Translations under genes and position numbers: made by a program
Assembly: GCF_022045235.1 (NCBI RefSeq)
Contig: NW_027266319.1
Coordinates: 41,540,001 to 41,604,000 of the forward strand
Direction: 5' to 3'
DNA length: 64,000 bases
From: Haliotis cracherodii
Lineage: Eukaryota
In this document: positions 1 through 11,554 of the stretch, piece by piece
Layout of the letters: the number at the start of each line of letters is the position of its first letter
Position numbering within the stretch: the first letter of the stretch is position 1
Notes under the pieces: model-generated
What the model was told of the DNA's origin: nothing
Database searches by the model: none
The model's input: the letters and a program-made list of their open reading frames with translations, nothing else

Positions 1-910
1 GTGATGTATTTGATACGGATATCATAACTGTGTTTTCGACCTTTGCAATGTTCCGGCGAGTGTTTTAAGCCAAGTAACGTTTTGAAAATATGTTTTTTGT
101 CAAATCCAATTTTCAAATGTATACTTGCTTTTGACAGGCAGTTTGGTACAGATTGAAGTTGGCTACATATAAGCAAAGACGTGCGGATCCTTCATCATTT
201 AGGAGTCCAAGCCACTTTAACTCTGTCTAAATGTTATGAGGTCCAATCTCATTAAAATGTATAAGGTCGAGAGTGAGGTCGTGAATAATATTTAAACCGT
301 TCAATGTTTCTATTGTTTCTCTCAACCAGACTATCTGTGAAGTAAAAACTGCTGACAAAGTGTATTCACTCAGTAGGTAGCAGTTCCCGCAACACGAAAT
401 AATGCCTGTCAGCTATTTCTTTCTTCAGGAAAAGGAAATCCTTATGCATGAGTTGATTGGTCACAGCCAATCAAATGTCTTCTGTGCAAACACGTTATGT
501 TATGAAGGTATTATTGGCTGGTCAGTCTCTAGGAATGTTACAGCAATTGTCCAGGATATAGGTTAGATCTCACAAACATAAAGTTTGCGTGGTGAGTGAT
601 ACCAGGATTTAAAAGAAAGTTACTATCATGTAGCAAGTCGCGATTTACCATCACAACTCCGAATTGTTTTGATATTTAAGCTGAAGTATGAGGGGGGAGA
701 AATTATGAAATGAATGTGACATATTTTCTAAAATGGCAGATCCTTCAGTTGTACACTTGGCCACAGCAACGCACAACAGATTAAATTAAAACTTATCTAG
801 ATATATCCTTGTTCATCTTAAGGGTTTTGACTGTCATACGTATGATCAGCTGAAATTTTGTTAAGAAACATGATAAAATTTACATGACTTTTCAAAGCCT
901 AAGCGGTATG

Positions 911-1166
911 GACCCGTGAAGACCCGGGGTAGCATAGGTCTTCAGCAACCCTTGTTTGCCGTAAAAGGCGACAATACTTGTCGTAAAAGGCGACTAACGG
1001 GAACGGGTGGTCAGACTCGCTGACTTGGTTGATGCATGTCATCGATCCCAATTGCGTGGATCGATGCTCATGATGTCAATCTCTGAATTGTCTGGTCTAG
1101 ACTCAATTATTTACTGACCGCCGTCATGCAGAGTGCGGCGTTAAACAACAAAAGAAACCAAACCAA
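911..1166 (+). mobile_element. SINE-like short retroposon (family A, 5' GACCCGTGAAGA...)
   Basis: The same sequence recurs at 2176-2349/17217-17270 (-), 47706-47945 and 49826-50700. It has an A/C-rich tail and a degenerate TSD (cctaagcggtatg / cctaagcagtagg). Confidence 0.8.
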
Positions 1167-2175
1167 AACCTAAGCAGTAGGCTTCTCGTGATGTATGGCA
1201 TCTCACGGCCTGGTGTACAGGAGACAACTGTGTGGACATATCTACCCGCATAGATAACTGTTTACCCGCTAGTTATTAAATTTAAAGTAACTCTATCTCA
1301 AGAAAGGTGTGTTTGGTTTTAAATATGAACCCGTAGATTTTTAAACATCAAAGAAAACAATATAGATAAATGATAAGTTGCTCAATTTCAAAGCAAGCTT
1401 TGTAAATATCTTGTCTAATATCAGACAAGGCGATTGTAAAAAATGTATATAATATTCTGCCTAGAACTTACCCACTGACATAACAGAGCAAAACAACAGT
1501 AGCACAGCGGACTGCATGTTGGCTAGAGAAACAGAGCACACTCAAATGCGGTATTCGTATTTCTTATATACCTGTATAACATAAGATGACGTAGTTGGTT
1601 TCCGTGTCATCAGATGTCAAGCGCCGCCCGATGCGGATATTGCTCTGACGCAAAGCCGACGAGTAATCTACTACAATCAACTTCATATCTCTTCGCCAGT
1701 TATTCCTTCACTTCAAATATTATAGACGCCCACTGAATATTCAGTCAATTCATATGTCGTTGAAACGAATCAGTGAATCATTTGTCGTAGGATATTTGGT
1801 GCGCCACAATTCGCTGTGCAGAGTGGCGTCCCTTAGATGAGCCAGAAACCTATGATTGGAGGGGCAAATTCAACATTATGTTTTATGGTTTGTCAATAAT
1901 AAACATGCGGCTCTCAACAAAGTAGTAAACGTCTAAGCAAACGTCTAAGAGATTCCCCCCCCCCCCCCCCCCCCCCCCCGCCCCCAGCTACGTTAGACCA
2001 TACTCACTCTCATTCTCTAGTTAATGTTGGTGGTATGAAACATTTCCACCAGGATCGTTTTGTGGCCTTGAACAGGACATAAATAAACATTCAAACTCGT
2101 CACCTTGATAACCGAAGTTTAATACCAAAACCAACATTATATAATTATGCTTCATGGTAAGGCATTCCAATACCC

Positions 2176-2349
2176 GTTTGGCGCCGCACCCAGCAATATT
2201 TCAGCTATATGGCGGCAGTCTGTAAATAATTGAGTCTGGACCAGACAATCCAGTGATTGACATCATGAGTATCGATCCGCGCAATTGGGATACGATGACA
2301 TGCATCAACCAAGTCAGCGAGCCTGACGACCCGATCCCGTCAGTCGCCC
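2176..2349 (-). mobile_element. Family A SINE, 3' part, interrupted by the Ginger element
   Basis: Reverse complement of the 911-1166 family. It continues at 17217-17270 on the other side of the transposon. Confidence 0.85.
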
Positions 2350-2586
2350 TGTTACGACGTAAATTGTAATAACGCGGTAAATTGTAATAAACTGCGGTAA
2401 AATGTAATAACACTGCGGTAAAATGTAATTCTGCGGTAAATTGTAATACATACTGCGGTAAATTGTAATAACTTCACTGCGGTAAATTGTAATAAAAACT
2501 GCGGCAAATTGTAATAACTTAAACTGCGGTAAATTGTAATAAAACTGCGGTAAATTGTAATAACCATTGCGGTAAATTGTAATAAC
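2350..2586 (+). repeat. Left TIR with 11 copies of the GCGG(T/C)AAATTGTAAT motif
   Basis: Reverse complement of 16975-17211 with 2 mismatches by eye. The motif recurs every ~19-24 bp. Confidence 0.92.
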
Positions 2587-4360
2587 ATCTCCTAATCCTT
2601 CCGATTTCAAACTGAATTCAAGTTCCAGTGTTTGTTGGACCTTAACATGATCAATTCCAACCTCCAGCATGTTTAAGAAAATATAAAAAAGCGATTTTGT
2701 TTCAATTTCTATCATTTCTATTGAAACACAGGTGCGGCAAATTGTAACAAACTGTGGCAAATTGTAATACCAAGTGCGGTAAATTGTAATAACATCTCCT
2801 AATCCTTCCGATTTCAAACTGAATTCAAGTTCCAGTGTTTGTTGGACCTTAACAAGATCAATTCCAACCTCCAGCATGTTTAAGAAAATTCAAAAAAGCG
2901 ATTTTGGTTCAATTTCTATCATTTCTATTGAAACACTGGTTCGGCAAATTGTAACAAACTGCGGCAAATTGTAATACCAAGTGCGGTAAATTGTAATAAC
3001 ATCTCCTAATCCTTCCGATTTCAAACTGAATTCAAGTTCCAGTGTTTGTTGGACCTTAACAGAGATCAATTCCAACCTCCAGCATGTTTAAGAAAATAAA
3101 AAAAAGCAATTTTGTTTCAATTTCTATCATTTCTATTGAAACACTGGTTCGGCAAATTGTAACAAACTGCGGCAAATTGTAATACCAAGTGCGGTAAATT
3201 GTAATAACATCTCCTAATCCTTCTGATTTCAAGCTGAATTCAAGTTCCAGTGTTTGTTGGACCTTCACATGATCAATTCCAACCTCCAGCATGTTTAAGA
3301 AAATAAAAAAATCCGATTTTGTTTCAATTTTTATCATTTCTATTGAAACACAGGTGCGGCAAATTGTAACAAACTGCGGCAAATTGTAATACCAAGTGCG
3401 GTAAATTGTAATAACATCTCCTAATCCTTCCGATTTCAAACTGAATTCAAGTTCCAGTGTTTGTTGGACCTTAACAGAGATCAATTCCAACCTCCAGCAT
3501 GTTTAAGAAAATAAAAAAATCCGATTTTGTTTCAATTTCTATCATTTCTATTGAAACAATGGTGCGGCAAATTGTAACAAACTGCGGCAAATTGTAATAC
3601 AAAGTGCGGTAAATTGTAATAACATCTCCTAATCCTTCCGATTTCAAACTGAATTCAAGTTCCAGTGTTTGTTGGACCTTAACAAGATCAATTCCAAGCT
3701 CCAGCATGTTTAAGAAAATTCAAAAAAGCCATTTTGTTTCAATTTCTTTCATTTCTATTGAAACACTGGTTCGGCAAATTGTAACAAACTGCGGCAAATT
3801 GTAATACCAAGTGCGGTAAATTGTAATAACATCTCCTAATCCTTCCGATTTCAAACTGAATTCAAGTTCCAGTGTTTCTTGGACCTTAACAAGATCAATT
3901 CCAACCTCCAGCATGTTTAAGAAAATAATAAAAGCGATTTTTTGTCTATTCTATCATTTCTATTGAAACACAGCTGTGGCAAATTGTAATACCAAGTGCG
4001 GTAAATTGTAATAACATCTCCTAATCCTTCCGATTTCAAACTGAATTCAAGTTCCAGTGTTTGTTGGACCTTAACAAGATCAATTCCAACCTCCAGCATG
4101 TTTAAGAAAATAAAAAAAGCGATTTTGTTTCAATTTCTATCATTTCTATTGAAACACAGGTGTGGCAAATTGTAACAAACTGCGGCAAATTGTAATACCA
4201 AGTGCGGTAAATTGTAATAACATCTCCTAATCCTTCCTATTTCAAACTGAATTCAAGTTCCAGTGTTTGTTGGAACTTAACAAGATCAATTCCAACCTCC
4301 AGCATGTTTAAGAAAATTAAAAAAAGCGATTTTGTTTCAATTTCTATCATTTCTATTGAA
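2575..4360 (-). repeat. Left subterminal satellite array, ~9 x ~207-bp units
   Basis: CCAGCATG recurs at ~2664, 2871, 3079, 3286, 3494, 3701, 3908, 4093 and 4299 (one unit is shortened). The array is inverted relative to the right array. Confidence 0.95.
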
Positions 4361-4484
4361 AGACTCAGTCTCGACGACATATTAAAACATTCCAGAATGT
4401 TTATAATGTTTTAATGTGTTTAATATTTTTTAAGCGTAGTCTGAAATGAAAGTCACCAGTTTGAACAAAACTCGAGTGAGAAAT

Positions 4485-4617
4485 GGCGATTTCTTGTTAT
4501 TGGTTTCATTGGTCGGTCAAAGTTGGCGAAAGGACCTTCTGACGACACCCGTAATGTGATGTCCTTAGATCTTTGATGAGCGTTACCGATAAATAAGATC
4601 TGATTTTTATGCGGTTA
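4485..4617 (+). mobile_element. Diverged terminal fragment of the MITE family seen at 50030-50628
   Basis: TGGTCGGTCAAAGTTGGCGAAAGGACCTTCTGACG...AGATCTGATTTTTATG aligns by eye to 50500-50628. Confidence 0.65.
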
Positions 4618-5844
4618 ATAATAAACTGTTACATTTTGTATCACTTTGCCATCGATTTTTAATATGCTCGTTGCAATTGTCAAAGTCAAAAACCCTAATG
4701 AGATCCTATCTACATGGTCACACCCGGACTGGTGATTGTTAAGAACACAAATCCTATTTACATTCTGACAACATGGCAGTCTACATTCATTTACAATACA
4801 ACCTTATTATTAGCGGTATCATCCTCTCATTAATTCTTCCAAAACAGATAACGTCTGTAATTTTCAATTAAAGTCAGAAAAATGACACCTGGAATGAAAT
4901 CAAACTTGGTTGTTTGCAACGTAATATTAGCGGGATCATTACGGTCGTTGTCATGTGATCGACGAAATAAACCAAAGTGCCAAAAAAAACAGATCATGAA
5001 ACACATGTCGTCTGACGGTTGTCGTGTCGGATAATTATTTATCCTTTGATCGTAATTACAATCAAAGAATCCGTCGGGGTGCGATCGTGCGCTTGGGGTA
5101 AATTTGCGTCTCATTCCTTTACCTTTGCCCAGTCCACCTGCATAATTACTTCACTAAATACACTTGGAAGGACAACCCTGAATAAACAATGATCAGTGAC
5201 ACTGATTAGTGACAATATCCCATAAATCTGTTGCTGATTGGATAGAGCAACATGTAAAACTCTTTGGGGCACCTTTCGCTACACCATTATTGTGTCAGCC
5301 GAAGATTTTACAATTCCCATAGCATACAACCCAGCAACCAGTCAGCCGAAAATTTGATCTCCAGTGATATCATTCTTCATCGGATGTGAGGATTTTCAGT
5401 AAGAGATTACCCGTTTGCAGAACAGTTCCTCATAAGGTGTGAGCAACTTTCAGAAAAGGATTACCAATTAGCAGAACAGTTCTTCATCGCACAACACCAC
5501 GCAGTAAGTCGGCCATCTTTCTGTATATGTAATGGAGTTTTAATATATATTATATTGCTATGTAACGAACTTTGCTTTTCAGTGTACTTTAAAACAAATA
5601 ATTCGGTATCTTGAGAAATATAGCTTTCTTAATGTTAATAGTAATGCTTTTCTAATATTAATGTGGAATCTGACTGCTAGTTTCTAATCTTTATAATATC
5701 TTTTTGTGAGCCACATAAAAATCTGTTTCGGAAAAATGGATGGAGATTGATTATAATCTGGCACTTTGAATGTTGATGATACTGTTTCAAACCTTTAATA
5801 ACAAAGTGGCCGATCTCCGCTCTAAATATAAGGCTTTTCAAATA

Positions 5845-6140
5845 TCCGCGGCAGCCTTCCTCTATAGAAAAAGTTTTCTAATATCTATGTTTAATGATAT
5901 TGATAGGTTGCAACCTTTCGCAAAGCGGCAGCCTTCCGCTATAGAAATAGTGATTTTTCTAATATCTGTGTTTAATCATATTGATAGTTTCTAACCTTTA
6001 GCAAAGCGGCAGCCTTCCGCTATAGAAATAGTGCTTTTTCTAATATCAGTGTTTAATCATATTGATAGTTTCTAACCTTTAACTAAGCGGCAGCCTTCCG
6101 CTATAGAAATAGTGCTTTTCTAATATCTGTGTTTAATGAT
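5845..6140 (+). repeat. ~81-bp tandem repeat (~4 copies) inside the transposon
   Basis: GCGGCAGCCTTCC recurs at ~5848, 5925, 6006 and 6087, with a further partial copy at ~6404. Confidence 0.85.
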
Positions 6141-6212
6141 GCTATAGAAGTCTTCAAATCACTGATGATATCAGGATAATATTCAGCTTTTAATCCTTTC
6201 TAACCTTTAGCG

Positions 6213-6388
6213 GGGGCACGGGTGGCCCAGTCGTCCAAGGCGCCGCGATTCGCTTTGCAGAGTTGCGTCCCTTGGGCACATCAGAAACCTATGATTGTGG
6301 GTTCGAATGTTTCCTCCCACATTGAGCTGAAACGCCGTGTTATAACTGTAATAATGTTGAAAGCGGCGTTATACCCAACTCACTCACT
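6213..6388 (+). mobile_element. tRNA-derived SINE (family B) inside the transposon
   Basis: A-box-like GTGGCCCAGTCG, B-box-like GGTTCGAAT, and the tail GCGGCGTTATACCCAACTCACTCACT. Related pieces occur at ~1797-1860, 33290-33490 (-), 35400-35610 (-) and 49370-49545 (-). Confidence 0.7.
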
Positions 6389-8962
6389 CTAACCTCAAGC
6401 ACAGCGGCAGCCTTTTGCTATATGAATGATGTGACGTTTGTTTTTCATATTGATGTTTTAATGAAACCGAACGTTGCAATCATTTCACATAACCATACAT
6501 CATAACAATTGGTCTTCTGATATTATCTGAGGGAATAATGTCACTGAAAAATAAAGTAGCTAATACAACACATCCGCTAGTTTAGTATAGTTCAAAGCTT
6601 ATTTTGCTTGAAACACAGGTTTTATTTAATTTATATCTTTTTCTGTAGCCTAATTCTGAGTATTTCTAACTAATTACAATTAGCTAGATGTATTTGGTCA
6701 AGACATTAAATGTTGATTTCTTATAGTATTTGTTATTAATTAAAATCGTGCAATTTTCGCGGCTTGTATTTTCATATGAAGGTTCAATAACAAAGGTTAT
6801 AAAAACAATGAGATGATTTACTTAATTTGTGATTAAAGTATGTGTCAATATTGCCACTTTTTAGAATCACCAAATCTTGTTCTGGATGTATGTTGGTGTA
6901 TGAGGTGATGTTGAAAGTGAACCTGTGCCTTCGTTCTCTGTGATAGAACAAAGTCAACTTTCCGCAAACATGCTATGATTGAAAATGTTTGATTAGTTAT
7001 TAGAAAAAAATATACCAGTATATAACACTATTGTGTCGGAGTAGAGAAGTTATTTTCATCAAACGAACGTCTTTCTTTGATATTATTTATACAGTCAGTC
7101 TATACAGACCCAACGCCACTTTTAACAATATTTCAGTTATATGACGGCGTTAAAGTCTATTAAGTCTCCTAGAACTTGTCCATTACCATAGCAAGTAAAA
7201 GTTTTGAAAGCAATTTCTACTCCACTGTTTAACAACTGGGGTATCTGACAACAAATGGGGTTTTGACCAATTGGAATATGCCAATGAACCGATGTATAAC
7301 GAAATATATACAGTACTCTGCATAGACGCCCGTCTGTATTTTGGAAAGTATATGCTTTTGTCTGACTCTGAAAACACTCAGTAAATATTTAGAATAGAAT
7401 CAGATCAATGCTGACATGTCTTCGTGTTTGTAACTTACTGAACTTTACTCAGTTGATAAATGTAAATTTCATTTATATCAATGTCTGTCCCATCCACTTT
7501 ACTGATCGGAAATTATCTAGAATTGTCCTATCGCAATATTTCCACGCTTGTCAGGCTGACACTTTCTTGAAATACAATCAAAAGTAGTCTGTGTATTATT
7601 GCCTATTGATCCCCTGTTTTATTAACTTATTCTTTACTTTAGTTCTTCAGTCACTATATATTCACTATGATGAATTGCAATTTTCATTGTGTGTATATTT
7701 ATACACTTGTTTCTCTTTCAACCTCTCTACAGAAGGAAATCAATGTAATAATTATTAGATGAATGAAGTTGGTAGTATATTAATCAAGTAATTCAGTTGA
7801 AATATATCCGACCAGATATAACCTGATTTAATCGTTAGGCTCCCAGCAGAGGGCAAGGCGTGAGGCACTAGTTGTTGATAGACATCCGATGGAACAAATG
7901 TGTTAGCAAATAGCTTGGTCACCAAATAATTGGTCACCAAACCTGCTTCACCAACCAATATAGAAAACAAGCATTTACTGCATTGTATTACAGAAGGTAA
8001 AGTTATTAACTTAGAAGTAGAAGTGGACAGCAAATATTGAATACAGGATGCAATGGTAGGCATTGACTGGATTGTCTGGGGTGAGCGAGTGTAGGCGAGA
8101 CATCACAGCAGGCAGAGAACACATGATGGAATCTGTAAACGTCATTACGACAATATTGCCTACATCTCTTCTATTATTAGTATAGTAACTTCTTGTACAT
8201 AGTTTCCATCTTGTTTTATATAATTCTACAAGGTTCTGATCCGAATTACAGCGTCTTGTTTTACTCAATTCTTATGTACTTAAACTTATATATCCGATTT
8301 TCTATCGAAATGCTTTTCAATAATTTACAATCTGCAAACATCCCCCCATCCATAAAACCTTAATGTACTTAAAGTTGCTGAGGTTACACATTGCATTTAA
8401 AGCAACGCATCTTACAATATATAGAGAGGTTCTGTCATTTTAGTGGCTACACATTCAGTTTCTTTTGCATTAATTTATCCACAAACACACAGACCACGCC
8501 TTCTAGCGGGGAGCTTTAGACGCGTGTGTCACATTGCCCTGAAACACTGATTTCGTATCGTTGTCTAAAGTGTTTTTGTGTTTACGATTAAATAAGCAGA
8601 TTGTGAAGTTATTTTTGTTACTTTTTAAATCAGAATCGACGATGATTTTTACACCCTGTTTTTTCATGTTATTTCCCCCATAAATTATATTCCCTACATA
8701 ATATCTAAATCACGCGCTGTCTTCTCCGTTTCAATAAATTGTTAAGTTGATGCTTTTTTATGTAAAATTTAGACATTAAATTAAATATTCGACGTTTACT
8801 TCTAATTTAACATGACTTTACTTTTACATACATTTGCGTCCATTTGAATTCACAAGTAAGTTGCTACTTTCTTCCAGTGTTGCCAAAGTTGCTCATTGGT
8901 GCGCGAAGGATGTCCAACTGACCCCGGTTTTGTTCAAAGGACGTTCACGTACATTTTCAACC

Positions 8963-11554
8963 ATGCATGCACTCGTTGTAGCAGTTCTGTGCTGTTTGAC
9001 TTTGATTAACTGTAACGCGGCAGAAACGAAACGCAAATATACGCATAGCTTTGATGAAGAAACATATGATACTATTGTGTTACTCGTGCAAGGTAATTTT
9101 GAAACACCGGTCGCCGAAAGGACAAGAGTGCAGCGAAATGCCATTGTTAGATACTGGAGAAGAAAACACGACTTCTCTACAGGACCCGAGCCAAGCAACA
9201 TATTGTACTTTAGAGGAAAACCAGTCTTAAAACGAAAGGAAGTTGCAAAGCTTGTCGAAAATGTATTTCACAACCAGAAATCAGCAGGCTACAGAAAGTT
9301 ATGGCATTTGGCAGCTGATTCTTTGTCAGGGCTTACAGAGACCGCAGTACGGAACGAACTACGCACGAAAGAGAAATATTCCATTCACTCTGCCAAGTTT
9401 ACAAATAAAGCTATCATCAGACCAGTGAGAGCAAAGTGTGTCCAATCACACCACCAAGTTGACCTCGTAGATTTTAGCAAAAGTGCTGTTCGGTGGAAAG
9501 GGAAAACATATAAATTCGTCCTGTCTCTTGTAGATGTGTTCAGTAGATATATATGGCTTGTGGCATTGCAAACAAAGAAAAGCAAATGTGTAGCCAGTGC
9601 TCTGCGGGTGATCTACGAAGAACATGGACCACCTAACAAGTTACAAATGGACCAGGGTGTCGAATTTAAAGGACATGTAAATGAACTTTGTAAAACCCTA
9701 AAAATCAAACCCATACGCAGTAGACCTTACCACCCTCAATCTCAAGGAAAGGTGGAGAGATCCCATAGACAATTGAAAAAGAAAATAATGTATGATTTTG
9801 TAACTATGGGCGCCAAGGGCGTCAACTGGGCGTCACATTTGCGAAGATATGCCTCAATACTGAATAACGAAAAGAAAGAATGTTTAGGATGGCAGAGTTC
9901 CTTTGAAGTGTATTTCGGAAGAAAATCTAACACGGCTTTAGACGTTGATTCAGATGATTTCAATGCTGATATGATGATTGAAAATATTCATGAGCCTAAC
10001 GCAAAGGACAGGTTGAAGCAGAGTAAGTATGTTACTCGGACTAGACATCGGGCTGAAGTTGCTACAAAGAAAACCGACAGACTCAGTATACAAAGACAAC
10101 GAAGACTGCATCCGCCCTCGGTGTACAATGTAGGCGATGATGTTTTATGCAAATATGGTTCCAAGAAGGGAAAACTCGCCCCTAAAAAACAGTACGTTGT
10201 AAAAGGAAGGATTCTTGCACGCAGGTTGAAATCGTCTATGTATAAGATTTCATTCACAAATCCTATTACAGGAAAAGAGGACACGCCTGAATGGATTTCA
10301 GTTGATAGGTTGTCAAGTACCACAATTGATGAAGAGGTAAAACGAAAACAGAGGGCTTCCTCGAGACTACAGCGCAGACATCATCGAGCAAAGTATCAAA
10401 TACCATTATTGGACACAGACAGGCCATTTGCATTACAAGGTGACATCGTGTATGACACTCCGGGAAACGGTAACTGTCAGTTTGCAGCCTTGTGCCATCT
10501 TTTATCTAAAATTGGTATATTCAGATCGCCCAGGACACTTCGAGAACAGGTTGTCAGTTACCTCCTTGAACATCCCTACACTTCAGATGGATCCCCCTTG
10601 GAACTTTTCGTGGGCGAAGACTGGGATACATACATATCCGGTATGTTAGAGGAAGGTACCTACGGAGATCACATAACACTGCAAGCAGTCTCAGATATGT
10701 TTAATGTTGATATTATCGTGCACTCATCGCTTGGCGGTGATGCTACTGTAAACATCGTTCCTGCATACAGTGTAGCAACCCAAACAATCAGTCTTGGCCA
10801 TTTTGCTGAAGAAGAAGGGGAACACTATGTTGCTCTACAACTACATGAAACCCAAAGTGAAGATCAGCCACGAGACGGGGAAGGAAACAGAAACTTGCCA
10901 AGACAAGTCTTTGACAGCGCAAATAGCGGCGACGAAGAACACAACTTATCTCGACAGCATCATTCGCAATGTGATGATGATGAGTTTTTAGACATGCAAG
11001 GGAACATAAATGAAGGCTTCAACAGAACCAACAGCAGCGATGAAGAACAAGGTCATTCTCCGAGTAAGGATCGAGAGCCATTGGACATGCAGGGGGACCT
11101 AAATGAAGGCTTTTACAGTACCAACAGCAGCGATGAAGAAGTATTCCTCTCATGTCGAAAAGACAAGATGCCACAATATGATACGCAGGTTGCATTCACT
11201 GATCTGCCAAACGAGGTGGTGCTTCTAATCATTGAAGTATCTTTACAGCTAGCCCAGCAGTCGTCTGACAGATTATTGTGCAAGACTGTTACATCTTTCC
11301 TGCAAGTGTCCCATCAGTTCCATCAACACACAAGATCATTTCTCCATCTGCGACCACGCATTTATTGCCCACACATTACTATTTCAAGAACCGTTAGTGT
11401 GCGTAGAATCATAATGCACTATGGAAAAAGTAGCGGTGTTGCAATAGAACTCAAAAGAATAATTAGCCATAGAAAGTGGATCAACGCATGGCTACTTCTA
11501 GAAGAGAATGCGTTCGAATGGTATGCAATAATAGACATATTTTGGAAAAAGTAG
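8963..11554 (+). CDS. Ginger-type transposase: DDE integrase + SH3-like + OTU cysteine protease + F-box-like motif
   Basis: The frame is open from 8834; the first ATG is at 8963. Integrase motifs: QVDLVD (D at 9461), LQMDQGVEF (D at 9650), PYHPQSQGKVERSH (E at 9755). OTU motifs: DTPGNGNCQFAAL (C at 10475), GTYGDHITLQA and EHYVAL (H at 10823). F-box-like FTDLPNEVVLLII at ~11195. The true start is uncertain. Confidence 0.9.
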   Translation: MHALVVAVLCCLTLINCNAAETKRKYTHSFDEETYDTIVLLVQGNFETPVAERTRVQRNAIVRYWRRKHDFSTGPEPSNILYFRGKPVLKRKEVAKLVENVFHNQKSAGYRKLWHLAADSLSGLTETAVRNELRTKEKYSIHSAKFTNKAIIRPVRAKCVQSHHQVDLVDFSKSAVRWKGKTYKFVLSLVDVFSRYIWLVALQTKKSKCVASALRVIYEEHGPPNKLQMDQGVEFKGHVNELCKTLKIKPIRSRPYHPQSQGKVERSHRQLKKKIMYDFVTMGAKGVNWASHLRRYASILNNEKKECLGWQSSFEVYFGRKSNTALDVDSDDFNADMMIENIHEPNAKDRLKQSKYVTRTRHRAEVATKKTDRLSIQRQRRLHPPSVYNVGDDVLCKYGSKKGKLAPKKQYVVKGRILARRLKSSMYKISFTNPITGKEDTPEWISVDRLSSTTIDEEVKRKQRASSRLQRRHHRAKYQIPLLDTDRPFALQGDIVYDTPGNGNCQFAALCHLLSKIGIFRSPRTLREQVVSYLLEHPYTSDGSPLELFVGEDWDTYISGMLEEGTYGDHITLQAVSDMFNVDIIVHSSLGGDATVNIVPAYSVATQTISLGHFAEEEGEHYVALQLHETQSEDQPRDGEGNRNLPRQVFDSANSGDEEHNLSRQHHSQCDDDEFLDMQGNINEGFNRTNSSDEEQGHSPSKDREPLDMQGDLNEGFYSTNSSDEEVFLSCRKDKMPQYDTQVAFTDLPNEVVLLIIEVSLQLAQQSSDRLLCKTVTSFLQVSHQFHQHTRSFLHLRPRIYCPHITISRTVSVRRIIMHYGKSSGVAIELKRIISHRKWINAWLLLEENAFEWYAIIDIFWKK

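Noticed and set aside
244-258. CAATCTCATTAAAAT, identical to the start of the MITE TIR
   Set aside because: The match is only 15 bp, with no partner TIR or TSD found.
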